A DNA stretch of 60,220 bases, the filler included, from Sphacelaria rigidula (Eukaryota), in NCBI GenBank assembly GCA_964200075.2. It is 10 parts of 10 records of this genome, joined end to end, with 100 filler letters (N's around TTAATTAATTAA, not from the genome) between each part and the next. Parts side by side here need not be neighbours in the genome. Positions count along the whole stretch, not along the records: positions 36,193 to 42,124 come from CAXNAA020023384.1; positions 42,225 to 48,156 come from CAXNAA020023385.1; positions 48,257 to 54,188 come from CAXNAA020023386.1; 7 more parts are not named here. One strand, given 5' to 3'. Position 1 is the stretch's first letter. Each line of letters starts with the position of its first letter. The position numbers and the translations under genes are program-made. Shown here piece after piece: positions 36,449-48,365 of the stretch. Under the pieces are notes generated by a model. The model worked only from the letters and a program-made list of their open reading frames with translations, was not told the DNA's origin and did no database searches.

Positions 36449-37140
36449 TTTACAAGGAGTTGCACAAGATTGTCATCACCCAATTCATCCAAGGTGTTTA
36501 TTAATGACCTGATATTCGCAACAGAAGCAGCAAAGCAAAGAGTCAAGTTTGGCGAAGGTATGGTATCCATTTTGATGTTTGCGGATGATTTTGTGGGAAT
36601 ATCAGAAACAGCAGAAGGATTACAGAAACAGATAGAGAAGGCTCTAGAATACACTGAGAAATGGAGAGTAGCGACGAACGTTAACAAACGCCCGGTACTT
36701 GTATGCAACGAAGACAAGAATCCGGTAGAGTTCAGATGGAAGTGGGGAGAAGGGGAACTGCTGATCGTAGACCAGTATACATACCTTGGCGTAGATATCT
36801 CAACACATTGTTCTTGGGATGCACACATAAATGAAGTAATAGAAAAGGGTAAGGTACAGATAGGCATGATGGACGTGGTCCTTAGAAACTCGCATCTAGA
36901 CACTAGGGTCAAGAGATGTATCCTGATTAACGTGATCTTACCACAGCTGGAATATGCAGGGAAAGTATGGGAGGGGGACTTGAAGTTGGTGAAGAAGTTG
37001 GAGAATAGTACAGATGGCAGCAGCTAAGAAGATAGTTGGATGCTCGAAAACGACGAGTAATACAGTATTGAATGCAGAGTTGGGAATGTACTCACTTAAA
37101 ACGAACAGAGACATGAGGAAATTGCGATGGCATTATAGCG
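36449..37140 (+). mobile_element. Non-LTR retrotransposon RT fragment (lineage distinct from the RTE-like copy)
   Basis: QGVAQ..SP..F.VFINDL, LMFADD (FADD at 36578-36589), YTYLGV, SWDAHI, PQLEYA..VW, AELG; frameshifts. Confidence 0.92.
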
Positions 37141-37647
37141 TGGATTATGCTTGGAAATTGAAAGGGTATGCTCAGCTATGTCGTCGATATAGCCGGTGAT
37201 GATCATTCATTCCGAAAAAGAGGTGTGTCTGTCGCCTTACGAGGAGTTGAGGGTCTTCCCCGCTTGAGGAGTATACAGGTGGAAATTGCGGGTAATGGGT
37301 AAGAGCCCAGACCCAAGAGTTCCGCGGGGGATTTGAACTCTCGCTGGCCCAAGTCGTTGGTGGAGGTCACGTCATCCTATTTCCAAAAACAATGAAAAAT
37401 CAGACTACTCTAGTCTGTTGTGCTGTACAGTCAAATTGTATTGTACTATAAGATGTCATCGTTTTGTTGCTGTCCGTGTATTGTCAACGGTGAGAGCTCG
37501 GTTTACACCCCCCCAAGTTTACAGGGTAAGCGTTACGTAGGTGTAGTGACACGAACCAGGGTGAAAGTTCAAAATCAGTCTGTCTCGTGGATTAGGACTG
37601 GATCATATAGTTTACACACCAGAGAGAGTTTCAGTTTTTTTTGTGTG

Positions 37648-37745
37648 TCGGGTACGTCCATCATGTTGACAATGACCACGGCTGGATCCCTGGAGGATGA
37701 CCTGATGTGCGACGACCAATCAATCAAATCAAATCACATCAAGTC
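37648..37745 (+). mobile_element. Retroposon 3' tail family C
   Basis: GGGTACGTCCATCATG...GACCACGGCTGGATCCCT...CAATCAATCAAATCAAATC. Confidence 0.75.
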
Positions 37746-37819
37746 AACACACTTTTTTATAGTAATGGCATTGATTCTCTTCTATTTTACCTATCCTTCC
37801 TTCACCTTTAAAAACGCAG

Positions 37820-37873
37820 GTTTTTGGCGACTACGAAGCCGAGGACGAGTACAGAGAGGGAAGACTGCCTGAG
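37820..37873 (+). CDS. TRM11: tRNA (guanine-10-N2)-methyltransferase TRM11, small internal exon
   Basis: aaaacgcag|GTT...GAG|gtaaaa; VFGDYEAEDEYREGRLPE joins HVYFGREVA in phase 0, fitting the DY..P..YFGR segment of Trm11. Confidence 0.75.
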
Positions 37874-38339
37874 GTAAAACAAAATGTAATACGTGGTAAT
37901 CAATAATACAATGTTCCCCTCCGGGAGGTCGGTACGGTCCTCCCGGGGGTGACGCAAGTCGAAAATATATGATCAAGAGAGGCTGTTGTATCTCAATTTA
38001 GAGTGGTGATCTTGGCTGTACAAAGCATCGTTTGTGTTGGGGCCTTTATATCGACAGAAGACAAAATTAGGAGAAGGTCCTAAAATTTCGGGAATCTCCA
38101 AACGGTCCGCAGAGACTGTTCTTATATAGATTTAGTGCTCCTGTTGGATATCTCATCACAGATGGTGCTGATCTCGTCATTTGCTTGCCTTCGCCGTCAA
38201 AATAAAGGACAGGGTTATGCTACCTGCCCGTGTACGGCGTTCATAACCGTGGTAAACATCTTTCTCACAAACTCTCCGTGACACGGGGGGGGGGGGAGTC
38301 GGACAGGTTAGGGCATGATCGACCGGCTCTCCCGGGATG

Positions 38340-39290
38340 CTGCAGCAGCACACATGAGTACCGTAATAATACCGGCTGTAGAAAGCCCCGTGCAAAGATT
38401 GCAGTATGCTACCACCAGCTTTGGAGTTTTCAGACGGTGTGGTAGCGTACACTCGTAGCAGCACTGCAGGCAAGTAGGTAGCTACTGGATTGTTTCTGCT
38501 CTTCACTCTCAAGGTGCGTATGTCTGCAAACGACGACCACCGTCCTTGACCCTAACAGCTCGAACACAGCTGCCGGGGCACACACCGTGCAAGTAGATAG
38601 ATGCCTCCAACCCGCTTTGCTTTTTACTCTACGACATAGTCCGGGGTGTCGCTAGCAAGGTTCCTGATGACTCTCGCATGCTTGCGAGTCTCACAGCGTG
38701 CGCCAAGGGCAGCTCTGCGGAGTGTTGCGCTGCGGTCCAAATTATTCGGTGTTCTCCCAGCGTGAAGGTTCGGAGAAAAAATCTAGCTACTTCATGTTCG
38801 GAGAACTCCGAGCGGCAGGTGCGAAATCTACTGTAATCTTGGAGATCTCCGAAAAACCTGTGTCGATAATAAAGGCCCTTGTTAGCTATCGTTCGGAAAT
38901 ATGGGAGATCGGACGGAGGCCGACGGCGGGTGATCTGTTTATTGTACCAAAATCTACCAACGCTAGCAATTTCGAGTTCTATCGAAGAGTAGTTCGCGAG
39001 GAAAACGCAAAAACGCCGCTGAATAGTTAGACCGCCCACTACTGTACATCACTGTGGCTTCCACATCACCGGGCCTTTTTTTTCGAACAGGGTGATTGTT
39101 TTTGCGGCAAAACATTCCTGTACTGCCGTTCTGCTGTGCCTTGTTCAACTCGCCGACGGCCCATCGCCCGGTCTTGTGTTTGCTGCTGACTAAGGCCAAG
39201 GCATTGTTTAATTTTTTTCAACTGCTTTCCTCTCATGATCTCGTGGCATTGATGGCATAACCGGTGTGTTCGTACTCCCGAGTGAACGAG
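38340..39290 (-). mobile_element. Highly degenerate piggyBac-type transposase relic in TRM11 intron
   Basis: Colinear remnants IMRGKQLKKIKQCL, SSIELEI..VGR...KQI.RR.P, GLYYRHRFFG, GEHRIIWT, SGTL, VRVKD, KTPKLVVAYCNLCTGL follow the piggyBac motif order; catalytic Asp residues eroded. Confidence 0.55.
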
Positions 39291-39895
39291 AACGCGATTC
39301 CCTGATCTTGAAAAGGCTTTTGTGGTTCGGGATCGACACCCCGCGAGAGAGGGCCGGTTTGAGCGACTTTCGATGGCCAGAACACGCGCCACAGGTATCA
39401 CATGACCCCCAAACCTGAACGGCAATGTACCGCTGAGCGTTTTCAGTGCGCTGCAAAAGGAAGCGCGGGAAAAACATGCCTTGCCGCCAGAGAAAACTCG
39501 GCAAAAGTGGTGAAAAATGTGAAATGAGTCATGTACATATAACGAGAAAGAAAGCTTTTTGGTTTAGACGAATTCAGGAAGAAGGAAAAAAAAATGAAGC
39601 AATACGCGAAGAGGAAGTGAAAACACTATTCTTGTTTGTTTGTTCGTTCGTTTGCTTGTTTTTTTTTATTCTTTTTTTTTTGTTCATTTTTTGTTTTTTT
39701 TCGTTTTACTTTCCAACTGTTCCTTCCCTCCCCCCTTCTTGGGACGGGCCCGTAGTATCCACGGACCATGCACCGTTCCTGCGGCACCTAACCTGCCTTT
39801 CAGTTACATGTATAGTGGAGAATTGTATCAGCAGAGACCGCAGCACGTCGCCTCGGTCTCACGCCTTCCACAAGCGGAGCCAAATATCACCCACG

Positions 39896-40118
39896 GCTTT
39901 TACTCCGCCCAAGCTGACTACTCTTACTCCGCCCAAGCTGACTGGTCTACTCTGCGCACGCTGATTACTTTTGCTCCCCCCAAGCTGGCTTTTTTACTCC
40001 TCCCAAGCTGACTACTCTTACTCCCCCCAAGCTGACTGCTTTTACTTCCCCCAAGCTGACTTTTTTTTACTCCGCCCAAGCTGGCTGCTTTCACTCCGTC
40101 TCAGCCGACTGCTTTTAC
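39896..40118. repeat. Minisatellite, ~9 x 22-26 bp
   Basis: Consensus TTACTCC(G/C)CCCAAGCTGACT(A/G)CT(C/T). Confidence 0.93.
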
Positions 40119-40318
40119 AAATCAAATCAATCGAATCAAGTTGAATCACATCACATCACATCACATTACATCACATCAAATTGAATCAAATTGAATCATG
40201 GCTGAATCAAAACCAGATCAAATCGATCAATGAAATGAAATGAAAGCAGATCTTGTCAAAGTCGAATCGATTATGAAACCGAATTGAATCATCAATCGCA
40301 AGAATAATCAAAATCAAG
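40118..40318. repeat. Degenerate (AATCA)/(TCACA) pentanucleotide microsatellite
   Basis: AAATCAAATCAATCGAATCAAG..TCACATCACATCACA.. Confidence 0.8.
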
Positions 40319-40398
40319 ATTTTTGAAATCCGAAATAAACCCTCCTTTTCACGATGACAAAAAAACTCCCCGAACGACAACGCCGCCCGCGCGAGCAG

Positions 40399-40590
40399 CA
40401 CGTGTACTTCGGACGGGAGGTGGCAGAGGGCAACCGCGAGGCCGTGACGGCGTTCGATCTCAAGAAGCGACCGTACTTGGGGCCCACGTCCATGGACAAC
40501 GAGCTGGCGCTCGTCATGGCTAACATGGCGCATGCAGGAAAGGGCAAGATTTGCTTCGACCCCTTCGCCGGCACGGGTTCCATTCTTGTG
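40399..40590 (+). CDS. TRM11: TRM11 internal exon with SAM-binding motif I
   Basis: gagcag|CAC...GTG|gtacgt; HVYFGREVAEGNR...FDLKKRPYLGPTSMDNELALVMANMA...CFDPFAGTGSILV. Confidence 0.95.
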
Positions 40591-41807
40591 GTACGTGATC
40601 GACATGGCCTTGTCCTCCACAGCACTCACTGCACGGCATTCCGCCGTACTTCGTGGCGACATTTTTAGGGCAGCCTCTTGTCTGTCGAACGTTCCCATGC
40701 ATGTACATACTCCCTGTGTCCCATGAGTCAGGTGAACTATGTTCGTACAGGCTCTTAACCGCACGTGTCCGATATCTTTTTTCGATTTTTTTTCGATAGT
40801 GTTTTTCAGCGCTTTTTTACTTGAACCCCCTCCTCATCCCTCTTTTTTTTATTCCACGCCCCTTTCCACCATACGGTGGAATGGCCGAAAAAAACGGAGT
40901 CGGCCCGGAATTGGCCGTGTTTCGCTCCTGTTATGGGGACTGCAAAAAACGAAGAAAAATGAAAAAAAATAGCGAGTCGTCCTCGTCATCGCTGGGGCTT
41001 AATGCTAGATACAGTGCCAAGCCGTTTCGGAGGCCTATCCATCGCACTAGATCACCCTTTCCAACGTCCCCGCTCTCTGTCGCGCGCCCTTACCCCGGTA
41101 CTTCTTCGCCCTAGAAATAAAAAATGACGTAAAAAAAAAGCGAAAAAAAATGAGGTTTCATGTCTGACCTGATATGTTGCATAGGAATAGCTCTAGCTCA
41201 TTTTTTTTGTTTCAGTTTGAAATCGTCTGCGTCATGTCTTTCTGATGAACTCAACCGTAGCATCGCCAGCACCATCTATTGGAGAGGTGTGATCTGCACT
41301 CCACAGTTCACGTGGCTTCGGAGACAGAGGAAGTATGTCGTAGCTATGCAAAGCGAGTGAGACTTCTTGGACACAAGCAACTGTTCACTGTTTGCGGCCA
41401 GTCTTTGGGGAGCTTTTTTCTGTCCGGGTATCTTAGAACCTCCGAGGCCGTTTTTTATTACATGAGAAAGAAACGATCGAAAAATTTGGGACGGAAAAGA
41501 AAAAAATCGATCTGAGAGATGGGTCGTCATCGACGTCATGTATGTTGAAATCGCGACCTATCTTTATCTATTAGATTGGATTTCTTCTTTCTCCAGCACA
41601 CTTTTTTTTTCGATCGAAAAACATTGCACACCCTGGACAACAGATTCTATTGTAAAAAAATGTACTGCGTACAGTATGGAATCTATTGTCTATCGCAGTA
41701 GACTTTTTACATTTTTTTTTTTTTTTACGTCTTGGTCTACTGTGTCGTTCTGCACGACCTTTTGCTGCTCCTCTTTTTTTTCAACGAATGTTTCGGTTTT
41801 GTTTTGT

Positions 41808-41901
41808 CTTGGGTACGCCCATTACGTGACCACGGCTGGATCCCTGTGGGATCAGTAAAATTGTGACAATCAATAAAAATCGATCATCAATCAATCCATC
41901 A
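41808..41901 (+). mobile_element. Retroposon 3' tail family C
   Basis: GGGTACGCCCATTACGTGACCACGGCTGGATCCCTGTGGGATCAGT...CAATCAATCCATCAA. Confidence 0.75.
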
Positions 41902-42061
41902 AAGTAGACGCAAAGATCGATACTGTATGCAGCATGATTTCTGACAATGTAATCAATTGTCATCATCTAGGCAGGGTGTGAAATATTGCGCTCAAGACAC
42001 GCCCTGAAAACGGTGCAGTTAACACACTGCTTATATTCATGCTCAGGAGATGTAAAGGTTG

Positions 42062-42124
42062 CAAGGGTCGGACAAATATTGATTCGTCTGAAAATTACTT
42101 GGTTTTAGTATGATGAGTCGACTC
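42062..42124 (+). mobile_element. Left end of the CAAGGGTCGGAC MITE, truncated by segment end
   Basis: CAAGGGTCGGACAAATATTGATTCGTCTGAAAATTACTTGGTTTTAGT. Confidence 0.8.
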
Positions 42125-42224
42125 NNNNNNNNNNNNNNNNNNNNNNNNNNNNNNNNNNNNNNNNNNNNTTAATTAATTAANNNNNNNNNNNNNNNNNNNN
42201 NNNNNNNNNNNNNNNNNNNNNNNN
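42125..42224. other. Artificial linker 7
   Basis: Same 100-bp spacer. Confidence 0.99.
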
Positions 42225-42268
42225 AATAATAATAATAATAATAATAATAGTAATAATAGTAATAATAA
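42225..42268. repeat. (AAT)n microsatellite
   Basis: Direct reading. Confidence 0.95.
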
Positions 42269-42519
42269 CTATCAGACGAAAAACTCTCTAAACAAAAAGC
42301 ATACTCGGTTGGGTGATTTTGGTAGACTGCGGACCACGGGGTTTTCAAATACAATGTGGAGTCATATGCAAAGTGTACACCACTACCCCAGTATCCACGT
42401 CTTGAGCAAAAGCTTAGTATCTAAACTCGTAGGCGTGTGGACATACACTCGATTGTAATCAGTGTGTCGGATCTGCACTCAGCAAAAGCTGTTGAGAATT
42501 ATTCATCCTATAGCGTATG

Positions 42520-42867
42520 TGCATGGACCGGGGGGCAAAAGGATGAATTATTTCCAACAATTTTTTCTGCTTGTCGGATCCCATATATGCTGATAACGGT
42601 GCAGTATGCGGGATATACCCAGCTGACGCTGTTCGCAATAAATTTCTTTCCCCCTAATCTCCGGATGAAATGGAGGGTAAAGTGAAGATTTATTGCATGG
42701 ACCGGGGGGCAAAAGGATGAATTATTTTCAACAATTTTTTCTGCTTGTCGGATCCCATATATGCTGATAACGGTGCAGTATGCGGGATATACCCAGCTGA
42801 CGCTGTTCGCAATAAATCTCTTTCCCCCAAATCTCCGGATGAAATGGAGGGCAAAGTGAAGATTTAT
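42520..42867. repeat. Tandem duplication, 2 x 174 bp
   Basis: 42520-42693 and 42694-42867 differ at only a few positions. Confidence 0.95.
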
Positions 42868-43198
42868 TTTGAGCTTCTTCTGCTGTTCAAATTCCAAATC
42901 TGCGAGTGTGAATGGGATTTGCGCAGCAGAAGGAGCTTTCGAAATAGATCCTTTTTTCGCCCATTTATATTGGGCTAAAAAAGGATTTGTTTTGAACAGC
43001 TTCTTCTGCTGTTCGAAATATATCCTTTTTTTGCCCAAATTTTGCCCAAATATATTGGGCGAAAAAAGGATCTGTTTTGAATAGCTTCTCCTGCTGTCCG
43101 AGATAAATTCTTTTTGGCCCGATTTAAACCATATATATTTTACCAAAACATAAATCGGGCAAAAAGGAATTTATCTCGGACAGCAGGAGAAGCTATTC
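42868..43198. repeat. Array of related palindromic modules
   Basis: Repeated GCTTCT(T/C)CTGCTGT.C.A and ATCCTTTTTT.GCCC-loop-GGGC.AAAAAAGGAT units; last hairpin 43079-43126 / 43151-43198 is nearly perfect. Confidence 0.85.
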
Positions 43199-43439
43199 CA
43201 AAAAAATATATTTACAGATTTTGTACCAAAATAATTTGGAATTTTCCAAATTGGGAAGGCCTCTCCACATGGTTGCTTGCAGGGTTTCGACAAAAACGCT
43301 ATGCAAAATGCCATTACAGGTACTAGGGTTTGCAAATGCTACACAGGGGTTTTCACAAAGACTGTGGAGAACCCTGTGCAGCTCGTCCTACAGGGTGCTA
43401 TTTGTCCACGTGTGCAGTGCCTCTCGCACGGGTTATGTG

Positions 43440-46400
43440 ATCGGCGAGCGAGCACACGTACTTAATTCGCTATGTCAGGTCTAGTGACTGTTGCCAGCTA
43501 CATCAGTCCCCTCACTGCGTTTCGGTTTGGGCGATTCACCACTGTGGTTTCGCTCGTTGTCGGCCCCAACTTAACATAATCAGAGGCAGGGATTTTCGAG
43601 TATGCCCTCACCTCAAAACGCTTCAGGAGCATGTCCGTGGACGTGGTTTGCGTCACCGACAGCGTGCCTCTATCCCAGTCTCTATCCACCGCACACCCCA
43701 TGTACCATGTGAACTCTCCGAGATTGTTCGTGGGGAACTTGTCGTTCAGAAGTTTGCCCACCTTTTGCACATTTCCCTCAGTACCACTGATTAGAATGTC
43801 ATCCACATGGACGACTAAAATCACACGCACGTCTCCTGCATCCCCCATCTTGAAAACACAAGGGTCAGCCTCACACTGTACCATCCCGACATCCTCCAGT
43901 AAAGTTCGGCACAGAAGACGTGACCACTGCCTGCCTCCTTGCTTGATCCCGTGAATAGATTTTCCGAGCTCAATGGTCACGTCTGTCAAAACGTGGCAAC
44001 CTTCAGGCAACCTCATGTACACGTCAGTGTCCATCTTCGCTTGAACAAAAGCCTGTGTAAGGTCGAAATGGTGCAGCGGCCACTCTTACTGAACTGCCAC
44101 TGCCATGATCAGTTTGACGGAGGCCATGGAGGGCGTTGCCGCGGAAGTCTCGAAGTAGTCGACTGCGAGACGTTGTCCGAATCCTCATGCTACCAACCTA
44201 GGGTTAGCCTTTGCCTTCGTTATAGTACCATATGTTGCAGTTTTCCGGCTAAAAACCCACTTCGCTGAAATCACGTTTACTCCTTCCGATACAGGGCCGA
44301 TCGAAATTTTTCCAGCCTTATCATGACCTCCTAGTTCGGCCTGCATCGCGCCTAACCATGCCTCTCGAAACCCTGATTTTTCTATGTCATCCACACTGGT
44401 GGGTGCTGCCTCTACTTCGCTTACATGTAGGTCAACCGGTGAACGCAAACCGAATTCAGGCTGCCCGACTCTGTTTTCCTCAGCAACAAAATAAAAAAAA
44501 CTCGTTTTTGGCTAACTCGTTTTGGATCGAGGCGATTGCGTCTTGTCCTGCCACCTGTCCTGCTGCCGCGGTGATCATCTCCACGGTTGAGCATTTGTCG
44601 TCGGCCATTCCCGCCAGCGCCATCTCCGCTTCCTCTCTGCTCTCCTCCGCTCCGCTAGCCACCAGCGTTTCTCCTTGTGTGTGTGCCGACCCCATGGCCT
44701 CGCGCGTCTAGCTCCTCGTACGCCCCTCTCTTGGTGTTGGCAACTCTCGTCGGCCCACGTGAGACGGTGTTGCCCGGTCCTCGGGAGTTTAGGCCGCCCC
44801 CCCCGCCGTCTTGCGAGGGACCCGTGGAAGAGGGTGACAGTGCTGACGACGAGGGAGTGTTCGATGCCGATGTGAGCGTCGGTGTTGGTGTCGGCGTCGG
44901 CGTAGGTGTCGGCATCTGCGCTGGTGTCGGCGTCGATGATGATGATGATGATGGATGATGATGATTCCAGCTCCCCCTCACCCCCTCCGTTGACAAAATC
45001 TGGAACGGGGATCTCTGGTATCACCCCGCCTTCTTCCCCCCTCGCGGGGACGGTGAAAGCGCTTCGCCCCTCCACTACTGACGGGGATCTGCGGTGTTGC
45101 TCCGCCCCCCCCACCAACGGAACTCGGCGGGGAGGACTGCGCTTGAGGCACCGCTGGGCGAAGTAACCACTGTCGAGTTTTCCATCTTTTCCTCGCTCGC
45201 TTCCTGGCCTTGATCGACTTTAATATCCTCCGGCTCGCCCGGCGTCTGGATCGCTTGGACTCGCGTGTGCGTCGATCTTGGAATCGGCCGTCGTAGTCCC
45301 TTCGCTTCTGAGCAACCGCGGCAGGGCTGCAGCTCCCCAGCCAGCTGCTTTCCCACCTGCTTCGCGGTCTTTCGCAGTAAGTGTGGGCGTGGGCACAATG
45401 GAAATCGTTCATGTCAGCGATCTGGGGGCTAGGCGGAGCCCCGGGGGCAATAACAGCATATGCCGAAGCACACTTGTCACTACCACTTTGGTCGAGGCAG
45501 CGTGCGTACATTTTTAGTTGACGTGTTTGTCCGGGTATTGTAAATGTATTACCGCCGCGCCCCGGTGGTGTAATGGTCCGACCATCGCCATTAGGGTGGA
45601 GAGAACAGGGGTTCGATCCTCACTGCGTTGGGTTTTTTCTTCGTAAGGTATGATTTCCACCGTGGAAAGCGTGAGAACGTGAGTAAACAAAGTAGTCGTT
45701 TGTGTGACGTGAGTTGACGCGGTGCGGGAGCGCTGATCCAATCCGCGAGTTCAAAAATGAAAGGCACGTACCGGGGGAGAGATGGGTTGATCCCTTGAGA
45801 CCACGGACTCATCCCGAGGAAGGGGAGGGATTCAAAGTGAGAGGGAAAAAACAAATGCCTGAAATGAGATCTACCCTGAAACCTGCACGAAAACCAGTGT
45901 AAGTGTGTCCCATGTTTTGGATCCTCGTGAGTGACAAGAGGTGATGACGGACATCAGGTACATGGTCAACATCCATTAATTTGAGCATTACATCCTGTCC
46001 GTCAGATCTGAAGGCAAAATACAATTTTCCTCTGCCTACGATCGGGTAAGTTCTACCACCCGTGCACCGCAGTACCCTACCCTGATACCCTCTGTACTCC
46101 GTCATCCATAGGAATCAAGGGAGAAGTGCTGGGTAGCCCCTGTGTCAAATACCCACGGTTCGCCATCACCATGCTGTTTATCACCCCCCTGGCCAACACA
46201 CAATGCATACTCGTCTGTTTCGCCGTTGATGGCGGTGTCGAAAGAGGTGAAAGCCTTCTTGTCCATGTCCGAGCAAACGGAGGAACTGTCGCTGTCGTCG
46301 GCCGCACCCATCGCCATCGCCACATCTTTTTTCTTCGCTGTCGATCTCGAACAGTCCCAGAACTTGTGCCCCTGTTGATCGCACCTCCCGCAGTATCTCT

Positions 46401-47666
46401 TCGGGTAGTCCCCGGCGCGGTGCGTCGTGCCCTCGTCCCAAATGTGGCAGCGGAGCAGCTTCACAGTCGCCGGTTTACCGTCCGACGATGCCGATTCAGA
46501 GCTGCTAGAACTCTGGCTCCCGCCATTTTTCTGACCAAAGCCCGGGGGTGTTCCCGGTTTTCCCTTGCGGTGTGCACCGCTCCATTTTCCGTTCCCACCC
46601 CTTGCGAGGAGAGCCTGGTCGCCCGGGGATGACTTCTTTCCCCGAGCAAGTTCCTGTTTCAAAGTGGTCGACTCGAAGTACTTTCGGACCGAGGTTAGCA
46701 CAACCTCCCGTGTCAGCGGCCCCTCTCGATCCTCCAGCAACTGCTTCTGAACGTGATACTCGAATGGTAATGCGTTGAGGTATTTCAAGAGGATACGGTT
46801 TTCGCTTAGGGGTTGATGTTCCTCGTATGAATTCAGGTCTTGTGCAATTTCCTTCATCTCGAGCAGTTTCTGCTCTGGATCGTCACGAACACCAATCTTG
46901 ACTCCATCGAATTTTCCCAACAAAGCGGTTCTCGCCCCGTTTGTTTTGGGGCGAAAGATATCCGCGAGGTTTCTCCAAACCGCACCAGGTGAGTGGACTT
47001 TGAGCAAGATATCTTGCTCTCTCTTTCCTTTTAAACTGACAACAAGCATCCGTCTCGCCCTCACGTGGGCTGCCACTGTGTCATTCCCGTATCTAGTTTC
47101 TGGATATCCCAGTGCTAATTCAGGGTCACCGACATCTACGTCGTGCGAACTATCGCCGGCCATGGTAAACACCCAATCAATTCCTTCGCCCCTCGCGAAG
47201 TTGACAAGCTCATGTCTGCACCGAGCACAATCTGCGTTTTTTCCTGAAATATTTGGGACGTTCTGTCGAAAAACGGGAACTCCTGACACAGCTCCACTTG
47301 CATCGTTTAGTAAGATTGACTCACGTTCGGGGACAAAGCCCCTAGCTCCGTCGTCTCTGGTCTCGTTGTCCCCTGCGTCGCGCGCTCTTCCTCCGGAACG
47401 GCTTGACTCCTGATGTACCGGCGGTCTCTTCGAACTTCGGCACCATCTCGCTCTACTGTACTGTTTGTGCTGGATTCTCCCTGTAAACTATGGGAACCAT
47501 CACTATCGAGGACACCATTGGTGTCTGCGCCCCCGGACTCCCTTACTACCCTCTTTTCGTTTATGTCACTCCGTAATGCAGTTTGGTTTAACTGCAAGTC
47601 ACGCAGTAGCTCAGTCATGGAACTCAGCTGGCTAATCACCACCCCCATTTGCAAAAAACACCTCAC
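43440..47666 (-). mobile_element. Degenerate Ty1/Copia element: gag, protease, pre-integrase Zn region, RT; integrase core missing
   Basis: Gag zinc knuckle CGRCDQQGHKFWDC, protease WVFDTGATQH, FHCAHAH..PCRGC, RT motifs AKWVF, RLVA, HFDLTQAF, GIKQGGRQW, VHVDD, TRPDIA; Copia domain order. Confidence 0.95.
45554..45856 (+). mobile_element. SINE family B, full length, inserted in Copia pol
   Basis: A box TGGTGTAATGG, B box GGTTCGATCC, A-rich tail; removing it restores the Copia frame VDLISG-GNTFTIPG. Confidence 0.92.
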
Positions 47667-47717
47667 CGACTACTGTAGCAGGCCTACCACCTTGATCTGC
47701 CATTCTGCCCAACCGGT

Positions 47718-47962
47718 TGTAACACTGGTGTATCCCGTGGCCCGTGGCGAAGGATGGATAGTTCCATCTTTTATATCATTGGAGAGTGCCTTGACGAAAT
47801 CGATCCTATGATAAAGGGATCAGGTGTGGGGTGAGGGCTTGCGGCGGTGAAGCTGTCGGCCCGAGCATGGTACTGTAGTCACACACACTTGGCTACCAGT
47901 ACCCGTGCGTCATCGTAAATTTATCCGCACATGTGCATGTTCACTCAGTGTACCCGTTCACA
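47718..47962 (-). repeat. Putative 5' LTR of the Copia element
   Basis: TGTAAC...GTTCACA ends; on the minus strand followed by the degenerate PBS-like ACCGGTTGGGCAGAATGG upstream of gag. Confidence 0.4.
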
Positions 47963-48156
47963 TGGACAGACGCCTCATTTCAGCTCAGTATGGTGCGAAC
48001 CCAAGGTGATTGCTGGTGAATAATGAATTACGGAAGCGAGTGTGTGTGTAAAAGAGCAGCTATGACAAGGGGCCTGACAGACTGGAAAACGGTTTACCCC
48101 CCCTCCCCCCTCATGCTCCGTCTCGAAAGGGATGCGTGGTCAATGGTCAAACGACT

Positions 48157-48256
48157 NNNNNNNNNNNNNNNNNNNNNNNNNNNNNNNNNNNNNNNNNNNN
48201 TTAATTAATTAANNNNNNNNNNNNNNNNNNNNNNNNNNNNNNNNNNNNNNNNNNNN
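48157..48256. other. Artificial linker 8
   Basis: Same 100-bp spacer. Confidence 0.99.
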
Positions 48257-48365
48257 CGAGCCCGGTCCGGCGAGAACCCGGCGTGCGCCGTCCCGGCATT
48301 GTAGGGATGCGAGGTCAATGGTTTGATGACTATGGCAGGCATGATGATGAGTACACCCCCCCACC
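48257..48365 (+). repeat. Dispersed repeat family D
   Basis: Homologous to 6033-6105 and to the reverse complement of 460-560. Confidence 0.8.

Noticed and set aside
48112..48365. Family D repeat on both sides of linker 8 suggesting true adjacency
   Set aside because: The two copies are different variants and the family also sits at other segment ends; best explained by repeat-induced contig breaks
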